DNA of 64,000 bases from NCBI GenBank assembly GCA_050246315.1, contig JBFWWG010000004.1, forward strand, positions 96,001 to 160,000. Reading direction: 5' to 3'. Both the position numbers and the translations under genes were made by a program. Positions 9,709-19,290 of this stretch are shown here, piece by piece (position 1 is the first letter of the stretch; the number at the start of each line of letters is the position of its first letter). The notes under the pieces are model-generated. The model did not search any database, was not told the origin of the DNA, and was given only the letters and a program-made list of their open reading frames with translations. Origin of the DNA: Nitrospiraceae bacterium. GTDB lineage: Bacteria > Nitrospirota > Nitrospiria > Nitrospirales > Nitrospiraceae.

Positions 9709-11532
9709 ATGCTTGTTAAGAAATGGCTCGTCGGGCTTCCGCTCAAGACGGCGCAAGCGGCGCATGAACGCCTTTCCAAACGCTTGGCTCTGGCGATCTT
9801 TTGCCCTAATCCGCTTTCTTCGGTCGCGTACGCGACCGAAGAGATCCTCCTCGTTCTCATCCTTGCCGGGACGATGGCCTTGTGGTGGTCGATTCCCTTG
9901 AGTCTCGGAATCGTCGGGCTCATCCTCATCCTCAATGTCTCATACCGCCAGATTATTTATGAGTACCCCGAGGGCGGCGGCGCCTATGTGGTCGCCAAGA
10001 ATAATATCGGTGAACTGCCAGGTCTGACCGCGGCCGCGGCGCTCATGATCGACTATACGCTGACCGTCGCGGTCAGTACGGCCGCGGGCATCGCGGCAAT
10101 TACCTCCGCTTGGCCCACACTGTTCCCGTATCGTGTCGGGTTGGGGCTGGGAGCTATCATCCTCGTTGTCGTCATCAACCTTCGCGGTGTGCGGGAAACC
10201 GGACAAATCTTTGCCGTCCCCACTTACTTCGCACTCGTTGCACTGTCGGGCATGATCCTCGTCGGGTATACGCGGATCCTCTTCGACCACTCGGTGGCAC
10301 CCCTCTCGCCCCCGCCGGCCGCGGACCCGGTCCTATTCGAAGGTGTGATGTTCTTCCTGATCTGCCGGGCGTTTTCCGCCGGCTGCACGGCGGTCACGGG
10401 CATGGAGGTGATCTCCAACGGCGTTAAAGCCTTTCGTCCCCCCGAGCCCCTGAATGCCTCGATCACCATGACGGCGATGTCAATCATCCTGGCCGGTCTG
10501 TTCTTGGGAATCAGCGGATTGACCTACTATCACGGCATCGTTCCCAAGCCAGATGAAACCGTGGTATCTCAGTTGGCCCGGGCGGTCTTCGGCGAGGGGA
10601 CGCTCTACTACATTGTGCAAGCCTCTACGATGATGCTCTTGATTCTCGCCGCCAATAGCAGCTTTAGCGGATTCCCCCCACTGGCGAGCACCTTGGCGCG
10701 AGACGGCTTCATGCCACGCCAGATGTCAGGCATCGGAGATCGCCTGGTCTTTTCCAACGGCGTCATCATATTGGGCGTGCTTGCAGGGCTCCTGTTGCTC
10801 ATCTTTCAGGGCGATACCCACGCGTTGATCCCGCTCTACGCCATTGGTGTCTTCATTTCGTTCACCCTCTCTCAAACCGGGATGGTCCTGCGATGGCAGG
10901 CAAAGAGAGGGCCGCACTGGCGGAAGAAATTGTTCGTCAACGGTTTGGGGGCTGTCACAACCGGCATCTCCACCCTAATCATCACGATCACCAAGTTCGT
11001 GCAGGGAGCCTGGATCGTCATTCTGCTAATCCCGATTCTCATCATGTGGTTTCGGTCCATTCGCGCCCATTACAAGGCTGCGGCCGAACAGGTGGCGCTG
11101 GCCAGGGATCATCGTCCACCCGTACCCAGGTTGAATACCGTGATCATTCCGATCAGCGGCGTCAACCGCGCCGTCGTGCGGGCCGTGGACTATGCGCGCC
11201 ATCGCTCCACTGACGTGCGGGCCGTGCTGGTGGACATCGATCCGCAGGAAACCGCGCGGACGGAGATCCAGTGGGCGCAATGGGGATGTGGTGTCCCGCT
11301 CATCGTGTTGCCCTCTCCCTATCGGTCCATCCTGGAAACCCTGCTCGACTATATCGAACAGCTCCTGCAAAAGGATCAGGATGGATGGGTCACCGTGGTG
11401 TTGCCGGAAATATTGCCAGCGCGGTGGTGGCAGAACATCCTGCACAATCAGCGGGCCTTGATGTTGAAAGCGGCGCTTTTGTTCAAAGAGCGCGTGATCC
11501 TCACCGACGTCCCCTATCATCTCCAACGATAG
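9709..11532 (+). CDS. APC-superfamily permease, KimA/YdaO-like (putative K+ transporter)
   Basis: LSSVAYATEEIL, YPEGGGAYVV, ALMIDY and CTAVTGMEVISNG motifs; about 12 TM helices; C-terminal soluble domain with SPYRS and LHNQ. Confidence 0.85.
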   Translation: MLVKKWLVGLPLKTAQAAHERLSKRLALAIFCPNPLSSVAYATEEILLVLILAGTMALWWSIPLSLGIVGLILILNVSYRQIIYEYPEGGGAYVVAKNNIGELPGLTAAAALMIDYTLTVAVSTAAGIAAITSAWPTLFPYRVGLGLGAIILVVVINLRGVRETGQIFAVPTYFALVALSGMILVGYTRILFDHSVAPLSPPPAADPVLFEGVMFFLICRAFSAGCTAVTGMEVISNGVKAFRPPEPLNASITMTAMSIILAGLFLGISGLTYYHGIVPKPDETVVSQLARAVFGEGTLYYIVQASTMMLLILAANSSFSGFPPLASTLARDGFMPRQMSGIGDRLVFSNGVIILGVLAGLLLLIFQGDTHALIPLYAIGVFISFTLSQTGMVLRWQAKRGPHWRKKLFVNGLGAVTTGISTLIITITKFVQGAWIVILLIPILIMWFRSIRAHYKAAAEQVALARDHRPPVPRLNTVIIPISGVNRAVVRAVDYARHRSTDVRAVLVDIDPQETARTEIQWAQWGCGVPLIVLPSPYRSILETLLDYIEQLLQKDQDGWVTVVLPEILPARWWQNILHNQRALMLKAALLFKERVILTDVPYHLQR

Positions 11533-11548
11533 CCGTCAGGAGTTCGCC

Positions 11549-12658
11549 ATGCCGATAACACGCCCCAGCTATCGAGGACTGATCCTGTTCCTGGCCGTAG
11601 GCGGGCTGAGCGTGCTCCTTGCTGGATCGGCCTGGTCGTTCGAGATCCTGGAACCAGACGAACAGGGGCAATTCAAGTCCGGCCAAACAGTCACCGCCAA
11701 GGTTGATCTCGGCAAGGATACCGGCGTCGTCAAGGTGCGCTACTATTGGTATTCGGAGCACGCCGAGGCGCTGGTCCAGGCCGATGAGCCTGCGCCCCAG
11801 TCATCGGACCAGTCATCACTCTCGACAAGCCAACGGGCTCTGGAGGAGGAACGCGCGACTGGGCAACAGATCGTCGCTCGGCCGGCGCTCGTGTCGACCG
11901 CCGAGAACGATCCACCCTTCGGAGGAAAGTTGACCATCCCGCACGAGGCGGTGGGCACCATCCGGCTCTTGGCCGTCGCGGAAATCTCGCGTGGCCGGCT
12001 CGGGATCCAGACGTCCTTCGACGAAATTCTTGTGAAGGCCGAGCCCCCGAGCGAACTCGCATCGATCGACTTCGAGACCGAAAAACCCCTCAAACTCGGC
12101 AGGATCGGACAGGCCGCCAGCTATGAGCAGGTGGACTTTCGCGGAAAGACCATCGAATTGCCGATCGTCGGCCTCTTCGCCGATGGGATCACTCGGAGCC
12201 TCTCTTCCCCCTCGACCGGCACCACGATCACCTCATCCAACCCAGCCGTCATCAAAGTGGAATCGTACGGCTTGCTCCGGCTCACCGGCAGCGGCCGCAC
12301 AACGTTGACGGTGAAGAATCGCGGCAAGGAAGCCTTGCTGGAGGTCATTTCGGCCCTGTCCGATGAGCCAAACGAGCCCCCGATCGCCGAAGCCGGAGAG
12401 AATCGGACCGTGAAGGCGGGACGAAAGGTCGAATTGAACGGGCTCAAGAGCCGAGACCCGGAGGGCGAAGCGCTGTTCTATTATTGGAGCCAGGTCCGCG
12501 GCAGCAAGGTGCCGCTGCTCGATCTGAACATGCCCCGGGCCTCCTTCGTCGCCCCGACCGTGTCCGAACCGCGACTGTTCCGCTTCAAGCTGCGGGTTTA
12601 CGATAAGCTGGGGGCGGATAGTTTGCCGGCATTTGTGGACGTCACGGTGGAACCTTGA
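11549..12658 (+). CDS. Secreted Ig-like/PKD domain protein
   Basis: Signal peptide; Big_2-like SSNPAVIKV; PKD-like NEPPIAEAG...LNGLKSRDPEG...YYWSQ. Confidence 0.75.
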   Translation: MPITRPSYRGLILFLAVGGLSVLLAGSAWSFEILEPDEQGQFKSGQTVTAKVDLGKDTGVVKVRYYWYSEHAEALVQADEPAPQSSDQSSLSTSQRALEEERATGQQIVARPALVSTAENDPPFGGKLTIPHEAVGTIRLLAVAEISRGRLGIQTSFDEILVKAEPPSELASIDFETEKPLKLGRIGQAASYEQVDFRGKTIELPIVGLFADGITRSLSSPSTGTTITSSNPAVIKVESYGLLRLTGSGRTTLTVKNRGKEALLEVISALSDEPNEPPIAEAGENRTVKAGRKVELNGLKSRDPEGEALFYYWSQVRGSKVPLLDLNMPRASFVAPTVSEPRLFRFKLRVYDKLGADSLPAFVDVTVEP

Positions 12659-12771
12659 GCCCGCGTCGCCCATGGACGCTCCTGCTGCAATCGCGCATTC
12701 GCTGCTGCGACAAGCCTAGGCCACTCGACGGGATTTCTCCGGCGGCGACAATGAAGAGGGGCTCTGCCCGA

Positions 12772-12923
12772 TGAGCCGCCGGCTCACACGAAGTGCGGTA
12801 TGGCGGGCGGGCTCGCCGCTCAGTCGGTCAACGTACCCGGCGGGTACGCCTTCCTTCCTCCCGGCTCCGGGCGCCCGTCTCGCCACGGGCAGCACGATCG
12901 GGGTCAGGTCTTGCAATCACACA
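12772..12923. repeat. Cluster of GC-rich hairpins, REP/MITE-like element
   Basis: Hairpins TGAGCC-gcc-GGCTCA (12772-12786), CGTACCC-ggc-GGGTACG (12832-12848) and GCCCGT-N6-ACGGGC (12873-12890), ending in GGGGTCAGGTCTTGCAATCACACA; lies between convergent genes. Confidence 0.5.
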
Positions 12924-12946
12924 CAATGCTTCATGGGCAGGATTCC

Positions 12947-13362
12947 TTAGGACAGGATGGTTTTCACGAACCCGGCTCCTGAGATCACCGGTACATCCGC
13001 ATACTGCGTCCGCTCAGAGTCGTGATCGCCAGTGATCAGAAACTCCACCAGAGGGCGTGTCGCGGCGAGGTCCAGAAAGATCCGGTCTGTTTCATCACGA
13101 AGAGGAGTGTTGGTAGGATTTGGTTCGATGATTTCGGCGAGTTCAGGAAAGTCAGCCAGGAATTCCGCTATGTCAACTCCAGCTCTCTGAAACAGTCTAC
13201 GCAGACGCGGTCGAAACAACACAGCGCTCAGCTCAGCCAACGTGGGAGGACTCACAACGGGGACGGGAATGCCCGCAGCACCGCGTCTAAAATTTTCCCG
13301 GGTGGGCCTGCAGGAGGGATGAGGCCGGAGACGATGATGTTGGCGTCAACGATGACCCGCAC
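12947..13362 (-). pseudogene. PIN-domain toxin, frameshifted
   Basis: GTG 13362 gives MRVIVDANIIVSGLI...GPPGKILDAV, which stops at 13252. The rest (SPPTLAEL...RDETDRIFLDLA...LITGDHD) continues in another frame. Confidence 0.8.
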
Positions 13363-13603
13363 GCTTCCGTCGCACAGCCATTACTTCATGGGAGCTGGGT
13401 AGCGGAGTGAGGGTTCCTGATTCTTTCGCAGCACCTCTCAGCCGTTGTCCCATGCGAGCTATACGCCGCCGAGCGGTCCGCCGCCGTTCGGGCTCGATCA
13501 GCAGCACATTACCCTCCCGCTTAACCATCACAGGTCCCGCCTAGCCCTTCAACAGCGAAGAAGGGATCAACAAGCCATCTTTGGTCTGCCGCAGCTTACT
13601 CAT
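13346..13603 (-). pseudogene. AbrB/MazE-like antitoxin with in-frame TAG
   Basis: ATG 13603 after AGGGGG: MSKLRQTKDGLLIPSSLLKG*AGPVMVKREGNVLLIEPE...; TAG at 13543-13541; 3' end overlaps the toxin start. Confidence 0.7.
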
Positions 13604-13671
13604 ACCCCCTATCGCCAACAGGGTGCCAAGAATAGCCGAGTCCCGCATCGAACATAACTTGACTGGCGTTT

Positions 13672-15285
13672 CTAGGCCCTACTCACCCGCATCGGTCCGT
13701 AGGTTTGACGGGCCTTCCGCAATTCCTCCACATGCCGTCGTAAGGCGGGGCTAAATCGTGAACGGAGGACCGTCATGCGCATCGGCGCGATGGTCCTCTC
13801 AACCTTGGCAATCCGGTTTTTGAGCTGCTCGACCAATTCCTTCCCTGAGCGGGTCAGCCAGCCAAGTGAGCGATTCGCATACTCCAAGTCTTGAATGGAA
13901 TATCGCACCGATTCGACTTCTTCCAGGCAGCGGAACTGCGCACGGAGGAGGTCACGTCTGGTGAGGCCGGCTGTACGCCAGCGGTCCGGGCGTTTCTGTC
14001 CCCAGGTTGACAGCCGCTCGAACAACAGCGCTCCCATCGTAAACGTGAACGTGGCATGGAGAATGCCGCGGATCGGGCGAAGGCTGCGCCGCCAGGGAGA
14101 GTAGAACCGTTCTTGATTGTGATCTCCTTTATAGAAGACATACTTCCTGAGTAACAGGTTCAGATGGTGATGGCTGTTCTCATGGATCAGGTCGTCGATC
14201 AGATCCAGTTGGTCCCGCTCGAACATATTGATGAAGGACAAGCCCGGCCTGTGACGATAGCTGAAGCTGACGACGCCGCTTGCTCGCAGCGGGACCACTC
14301 TCGTCGTAAACAGCGACAGCAGATTGAGCCCCTCCGGCCAAGCTTCTTCGATCACGTCGATAGCCCGCCTGAGGCGAGGGAGCAAGGTCGGCGAGGAGGA
14401 TCGCGCATCGCGAGGGATACGCTGCCGGTCATACACCAACGTCGGTCCCAGCGTGAGCCCGTGCCGCCAACGGACATCGGCTTCCTGCACGTAGCAGGGC
14501 GGATGGTATGTCCAAAACCATCTGGGGACATCCTCGCAGACGAGGATCACGGATCGCTTCCGGCCGATCTTGAGGGTCATCTCGCCCGAAAAGATTTCGA
14601 ATTGCGCGGAGGAGCGCTTGCCACCCGGCCGCATCGTTGTCGTGGAGGGCATTGCGACAACGGTGCCGTCGATTCCAACCGGAAGCGTCTTCGCCGGTTC
14701 GGCGCGTTCGAGGTCAACATCGAGATCGCCCAGAACGATCCACCGTTTCCGCTGTTCTTGCCTCACCCATCGACAGGGCAAGCCCGGCACCAGAAAGAGC
14801 GATTCCTGCACCAACTCTCGGCTCAACCGTTCGCACAGTCTGGTCAAGCGCGGAACGAGGCGCGAGGGTTCAGGACGACGATTCGGGAAGAGCTCGTCTA
14901 GATAGGTATGTTCGTAGAATCGTTCTTGGCACTCGGCGAGAAACTGTTCGGCGAATTCCGATCGATCGGGCTCGCGTCCGAGTTGCGAGAGGACGTCGAT
15001 GAAGTACAGCAGGTCGTTGAGGCCTTCGACCCACCCGACAACTTTCCAGGAATCCCACGCGTCCGGGCTCAGCGAGTCATGAAGTAGCCGAAAGTAGGCA
15101 AGCGGCAGATCGAACCGAGCGACAGCCCCGGGGTACTGTCGCTCTAAATCGTCACAGAGCCCTCGAAGGAGCGACTTGATCGACCGGCGAAACGAGTGGT
15201 TCAATCGAACGAGATGGGCTATGCGGAAGGGATCAAGGGACACAAGGGTCCAAATCGAGCGATCGTCAACCGATTCTCGGCGCAC
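13672..15285 (-). CDS. HEXXH-motif domain protein (alphaKG-HExxH-like)
   Basis: LIHENSHHHL and FYSPWRRSLRPIRGILHA motifs; exact start uncertain. Confidence 0.8.
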   Translation of the reverse strand: MRRESVDDRSIWTLVSLDPFRIAHLVRLNHSFRRSIKSLLRGLCDDLERQYPGAVARFDLPLAYFRLLHDSLSPDAWDSWKVVGWVEGLNDLLYFIDVLSQLGREPDRSEFAEQFLAECQERFYEHTYLDELFPNRRPEPSRLVPRLTRLCERLSRELVQESLFLVPGLPCRWVRQEQRKRWIVLGDLDVDLERAEPAKTLPVGIDGTVVAMPSTTTMRPGGKRSSAQFEIFSGEMTLKIGRKRSVILVCEDVPRWFWTYHPPCYVQEADVRWRHGLTLGPTLVYDRQRIPRDARSSSPTLLPRLRRAIDVIEEAWPEGLNLLSLFTTRVVPLRASGVVSFSYRHRPGLSFINMFERDQLDLIDDLIHENSHHHLNLLLRKYVFYKGDHNQERFYSPWRRSLRPIRGILHATFTFTMGALLFERLSTWGQKRPDRWRTAGLTRRDLLRAQFRCLEEVESVRYSIQDLEYANRSLGWLTRSGKELVEQLKNRIAKVERTIAPMRMTVLRSRFSPALRRHVEELRKARQTYGPMRVSRA

Positions 15286-15455
15286 ACTCTAGCGCAGGAA
15301 CCTTCAGAGGAGCAACTTTGTGAAACTGGTAAGGGAGGAACTCGCAAATGGAAGGGTTGAAGAACCTGTTCGAATCGCCCGCCATCCCCCGCCGTCCTCC
15401 GGATGCCAGCCCCTTTGTTGAGCCACCACCAGAACGGCAGGATCTCGCACCGGCT

Positions 15456-15698
15456 TCAGGCGGGCATCCCGACAGCAGGCGGCGCCACCTCAACTTCCGG
15501 CTGCTGCTCGGGAACATCCACGATCACGAGCCTCGATACCTGTGAAGCCTGAGCCGTCCGATGCTTCAGTATCAACGGGTCTACAATGTTGCCGCAGGCC
15601 ACACAACGCCAACTCTTGATCCACAGAGGCCCCAGGCTTTCTCGAATATCGAGAAGATGATCCTCGATCATCAGCCCATGACAACGTGCGCACTTCAT
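15456..15698 (-). CDS. Small zinc-ribbon protein (80 aa)
   Basis: MKCARCHGLM...WRCVACGNIVDPLI; AAGGAGG RBS before ATG 15698. Confidence 0.8.
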   Translation of the reverse strand: MKCARCHGLMIEDHLLDIRESLGPLWIKSWRCVACGNIVDPLILKHRTAQASQVSRLVIVDVPEQQPEVEVAPPAVGMPA

Positions 15699-15765
15699 GT
15701 TCGCCTCCTTTGTTCTCGTCTCATCCGCAGTTCCGGTTCTCCTGTGGGCATGCGTCTCGGTTAAT

Positions 15766-15781
15766 CGCAACGCTGATGCCA
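15766..15781 (-). promoter_or_regulatory. sigma54 -24/-12 promoter TGGCAT-CAGCG-TTGC
   Basis: GG-N10-GC spacing, about 70 nt upstream of ATG 15698. Confidence 0.65.
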
Positions 15782-15960
15782 TATCGGTGGTCACTATCAG
15801 GTCAAAATTCGGCTATTTCCTCGGCAATGCAACAACGTTAAAATTAGAGGGTTTACAGCCTGGATCCGCAGCACCCGGATCAAGCACCTCGCGATCTTCC
15901 CATCAATCGGGGAATCTGTACCGAAGCGATCCCTTGGAAGGCAGGTGAGAAGGAGACAGA

Positions 15961-17421
15961 ATGTCGCTGTCTGCGGCGGAAATTGACGCTGTCGTGTCGG
16001 AAATTCGCCCGGCTCTTCTGGGTGGCTGGATTCAGAAAATCTATCAACCTACAGATACCGCCGTGACCCTGGACATTCGTGTGCCGGGTCAGACTTTAGC
16101 CCTGCACCTCTCTGTCCTCCCCAGCGCAGCAAGACTCCACCTACTCTCGACGCACCTGCCGAATCCCGAGCGACCTCCTTCGTTTTGTCAGCTCTTGCGG
16201 GCTCATCTGCTCGGAGCGAGGGTCGAAGCGATCCAGCAATGGGACACAGACAGGATCGTCGAGATCAGGCTGCAAACCAAGGCTGGGATCCGGACACTGG
16301 CGGCGGAGCTTACAGGACGGAGCGCGAACCTCTACTATGTCGATGCAACAGGCTGCGCGCTCGCCGCCCTCCGGCCGGCGCCGGAACGGATCGGCAAACC
16401 GTGGTTCGATGGAATCGGTCAACCCAGAACGGATCAGCCGCGGGCCATGCAACAGCGGTTCGCGGTGTCATCCTCGTCAGCGGACGTTCCGGACTATCCG
16501 CTCTCACGAGCGATCGAGCAGCATTATTCAAAGACGGAGCTAGAGTCGCAAATTCGGCGTCTCGAACAAGATCGCTTGCAGGGGTTGACCCGCCAGTTGA
16601 AACGTCTCACCCGGCGTATTCTCGGCATGGAGGAGGACCTTGATAAGGCTCGGCGCTATGAATCCTACGGACGTTACGGCGAGTTGCTGAAAGCCCATCT
16701 CGCCCAGATACAGAAAGGACAGGACAGTGTGACCGTGGAGGACTACTTCGATCCTGACCTTGCTGCGATCACCATTCCATTAGACCCGGCCAAGAATCCC
16801 ATCGCCAATATGCACGAATACTTTCAGAAGCATCAGAAGTTTCTCACGGCCGAGACCGAGATCCGTCCGAGGATGGAGGCGGCGGAACGGGAGCGGGCTG
16901 AACTCCGGGAAGAAATGGACCGCATTCGACGCGGCGAGTGGCCCCCGCCCCTTCCCACGGAAAGACCCGGCGACCAACGTCATGACAAGCCGACCGGTCG
17001 TCAGAACCGACAGGACTCAGCGCCCCGACGCCGCGGTCCCTTTCGCCGGTTTACCTCTCTGGACGGACATCCGATCTACGTGGGACGGAACGCCCAGGAA
17101 AACGAAGAACTCACCCATCGGTTCGCACGGGGCGACGACTTGTGGCTTCATGCCCGCGGCGTGCCGGGCTCCCATGTGGTCGTACGCCTCCCGAAAGGCA
17201 GTGAGCCTCCGGTCGAAACAATCCGCGACGCCGCCACGCTCGCAGTCCTTTACAGCGATTTCAAGAAGAGCGGTAAGGGCGACGTCGTCTATACCAGGAG
17301 AAAATGGGTAAAGAAGGCGAAAGGACGAGCCCCCGGCACGGTGACGGTCACCCAGGAACGAACGATTTTCCTTCAACTGGAAAAGACGAGATCGGATCGT
17401 TTGAAAAGTACGGCCGAATAG
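15961..17421 (+). CDS. rqcH: NFACT family protein (RqcH/FbpA-like, ribosome quality control)
   Basis: IQKIYQP, DRIV and ELTGRSANL (NFACT-N), a coiled coil, and IYVGRNAQENEEL...WLHARGVPGSHVV (NFACT-R). Confidence 0.85.
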   Translation: MSLSAAEIDAVVSEIRPALLGGWIQKIYQPTDTAVTLDIRVPGQTLALHLSVLPSAARLHLLSTHLPNPERPPSFCQLLRAHLLGARVEAIQQWDTDRIVEIRLQTKAGIRTLAAELTGRSANLYYVDATGCALAALRPAPERIGKPWFDGIGQPRTDQPRAMQQRFAVSSSSADVPDYPLSRAIEQHYSKTELESQIRRLEQDRLQGLTRQLKRLTRRILGMEEDLDKARRYESYGRYGELLKAHLAQIQKGQDSVTVEDYFDPDLAAITIPLDPAKNPIANMHEYFQKHQKFLTAETEIRPRMEAAERERAELREEMDRIRRGEWPPPLPTERPGDQRHDKPTGRQNRQDSAPRRRGPFRRFTSLDGHPIYVGRNAQENEELTHRFARGDDLWLHARGVPGSHVVVRLPKGSEPPVETIRDAATLAVLYSDFKKSGKGDVVYTRRKWVKKAKGRAPGTVTVTQERTIFLQLEKTRSDRLKSTAE

Positions 17422-17482
17422 GAGCCAGAGAGTCTCTTCCCAGGGACAGACTCCCGGTGGATGATGCCTCGCCAATCAGTTT

Positions 17483-18757
17483 CTATAGCCGGCAGACTGC
17501 GCTGGTATTCCCTCCCGCAAGCGTGTCTCCTGCGGCGGTGCCGAGCAGTTGGTAATGGCCGAGCCCCAATTCCTTCCCATAGGCCTTGCCCACCAGAACG
17601 TCCTGCACATGTTGATGGTCCTGAGCGCGGAAGTATGAGCGCCCCTCCTTGAGCCCGTCGAATTCATGCCCTTCCAATGCTTGGACGACCGCTGAGGTCT
17701 CGGTGGAACCGGCCCGGCGTACAGCCTCCAGGATTTGCGTGGCCGCCGCATACCCGAGGTAGCAGCGCGAGGTAGGAGTGTGGTTGTACTTGTCGACCAC
17801 CGCTTGGATGAAGCGTCTCGACCCTTCGGTCTTGATCTTCGGATCCCAGACCAGGCCCCAGATGCCGGCATTGTCGGCATAACCCAGCGGCCGCCCGATC
17901 TGTTCGCCTCCGATCATGCCGGCGATGCCGATCTTGTCCTTCACGAAATCCAGTTTGGCGCAGGTCTTGAGCGCGTGCACCAGATCCCACCCATAGAGAT
18001 TGAGGATCACCGTCTGGGGATTGGCGGCCTTGGCTTTGGTCAGGGCCTCGGTGAAGTCGGTGGCGCCGAACGATGTCATAACAGAGCCCAGCACCTCACC
18101 CTTCTGCGCCCGACAGGCCTCGGCCAAGGCCTGCTCGGCGGACCTGCCGTCCACCGTGTCCGCCGTGACCATGAACCAGCGCGGACCGTACTCCTTCACG
18201 ATGTAGGGCGCCACCGCATTGGACAGCATGGTGGCGTTGGGCATAAAGACAAACATGTGCGCGTCGCATCGTTCCCCGGTGAGGGCCGGAAGGTGCGCGC
18301 CCGTGACCATGAACAGTTTATGCTCCCGCTTGGCGACGTCACTGACTGCGAGCGCGCAGTCCCCGTTGAAGGTTCCCATGAGGAAATCGACACGGTCCTC
18401 CTTGATGAGTTTCAGGGCGGCCTTCTTGGCCATCTCCGGATTGGACGCGTCATCGGCCTCCACGATCGCCACGGGACGTCCTAGGACGCCAGCCTGCTTG
18501 TTATAGAGATCCACGGCCACGGTCGCCCCATGCACATCATGAATGGAGGAGGTCTTGTAGGGACTCGTAAGTGGATCGATGATCCCGATCGTGATGGGCT
18601 CGTCGGACACCTGCTCCACCATCCTCGCACGGGTTGGAGCTGACCCCGCGGTTCCGTCATCGGCGCCTCCCGCCCAACGGGGGATGCCTCCAAGCAACGC
18701 CGTCCCGCTTGCGACCGCCGACCATTGCAAGAACCGCCGTCTGGATATCCGACTCAT
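17483..18757 (-). CDS. Branched-chain amino acid/amide-type ABC substrate-binding protein with Tat signal
   Basis: MSRISRRRFLQ twin-arginine motif; GVLGRPVAIVEADDASNP; FRAQDHQ. No permease genes adjacent. Confidence 0.85.
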   Translation of the reverse strand: MSRISRRRFLQWSAVASGTALLGGIPRWAGGADDGTAGSAPTRARMVEQVSDEPITIGIIDPLTSPYKTSSIHDVHGATVAVDLYNKQAGVLGRPVAIVEADDASNPEMAKKAALKLIKEDRVDFLMGTFNGDCALAVSDVAKREHKLFMVTGAHLPALTGERCDAHMFVFMPNATMLSNAVAPYIVKEYGPRWFMVTADTVDGRSAEQALAEACRAQKGEVLGSVMTSFGATDFTEALTKAKAANPQTVILNLYGWDLVHALKTCAKLDFVKDKIGIAGMIGGEQIGRPLGYADNAGIWGLVWDPKIKTEGSRRFIQAVVDKYNHTPTSRCYLGYAAATQILEAVRRAGSTETSAVVQALEGHEFDGLKEGRSYFRAQDHQHVQDVLVGKAYGKELGLGHYQLLGTAAGDTLAGGNTSAVCRL

Positions 18758-19290
18758 GTCCGTGTCTCCTTCTGTAGGACCTGGGGAATGCACGGATGGG
18801 ATGCAAGAGTGCGGCCAACGCTCAACCCCGCCTCGCCATTGAAATGAGAGCGAATAGAGCGGAGACGAGGTGTATCCTTTATCCTACTACGTGGCTCGTC
18901 GTAGTTCATGTCGCCCGGAGAATGGGATTTCTCAGCCGGATGAACGCGGGCTACGCGAAGTGGGGATGACGCTTCGACGAACTCGGCCAGACGCAGGTCT
19001 CGATTACCATTCCGTGTGAGGAAGACCGGAGGTCGTTGAACTCTCGGGGGTACGGTGGAAGCAATCCGATCGGTTGGGACGGGAACACATCCGACATAGG
19101 CCGGCTGAGCGACACCGGCTGACAGAACGGATCAACCCGATCAGACACATCAGGGACAAGTAGGCGGGTGAACGGGCGGTGTCCCGTTGTCCATCGCGCT
19201 CCAGCGTGACTCGCTGCGGGACAGTTCGGCTTGCCCGATCCAGATATCCGAGATCATGGTGCTGTGGGCCTTCCGCCCGCCATGCTCCCG

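Noticed and set aside
18951..19148. 65-aa minus-strand ORF
   Set aside because: No RBS or motif; cannot be supported.
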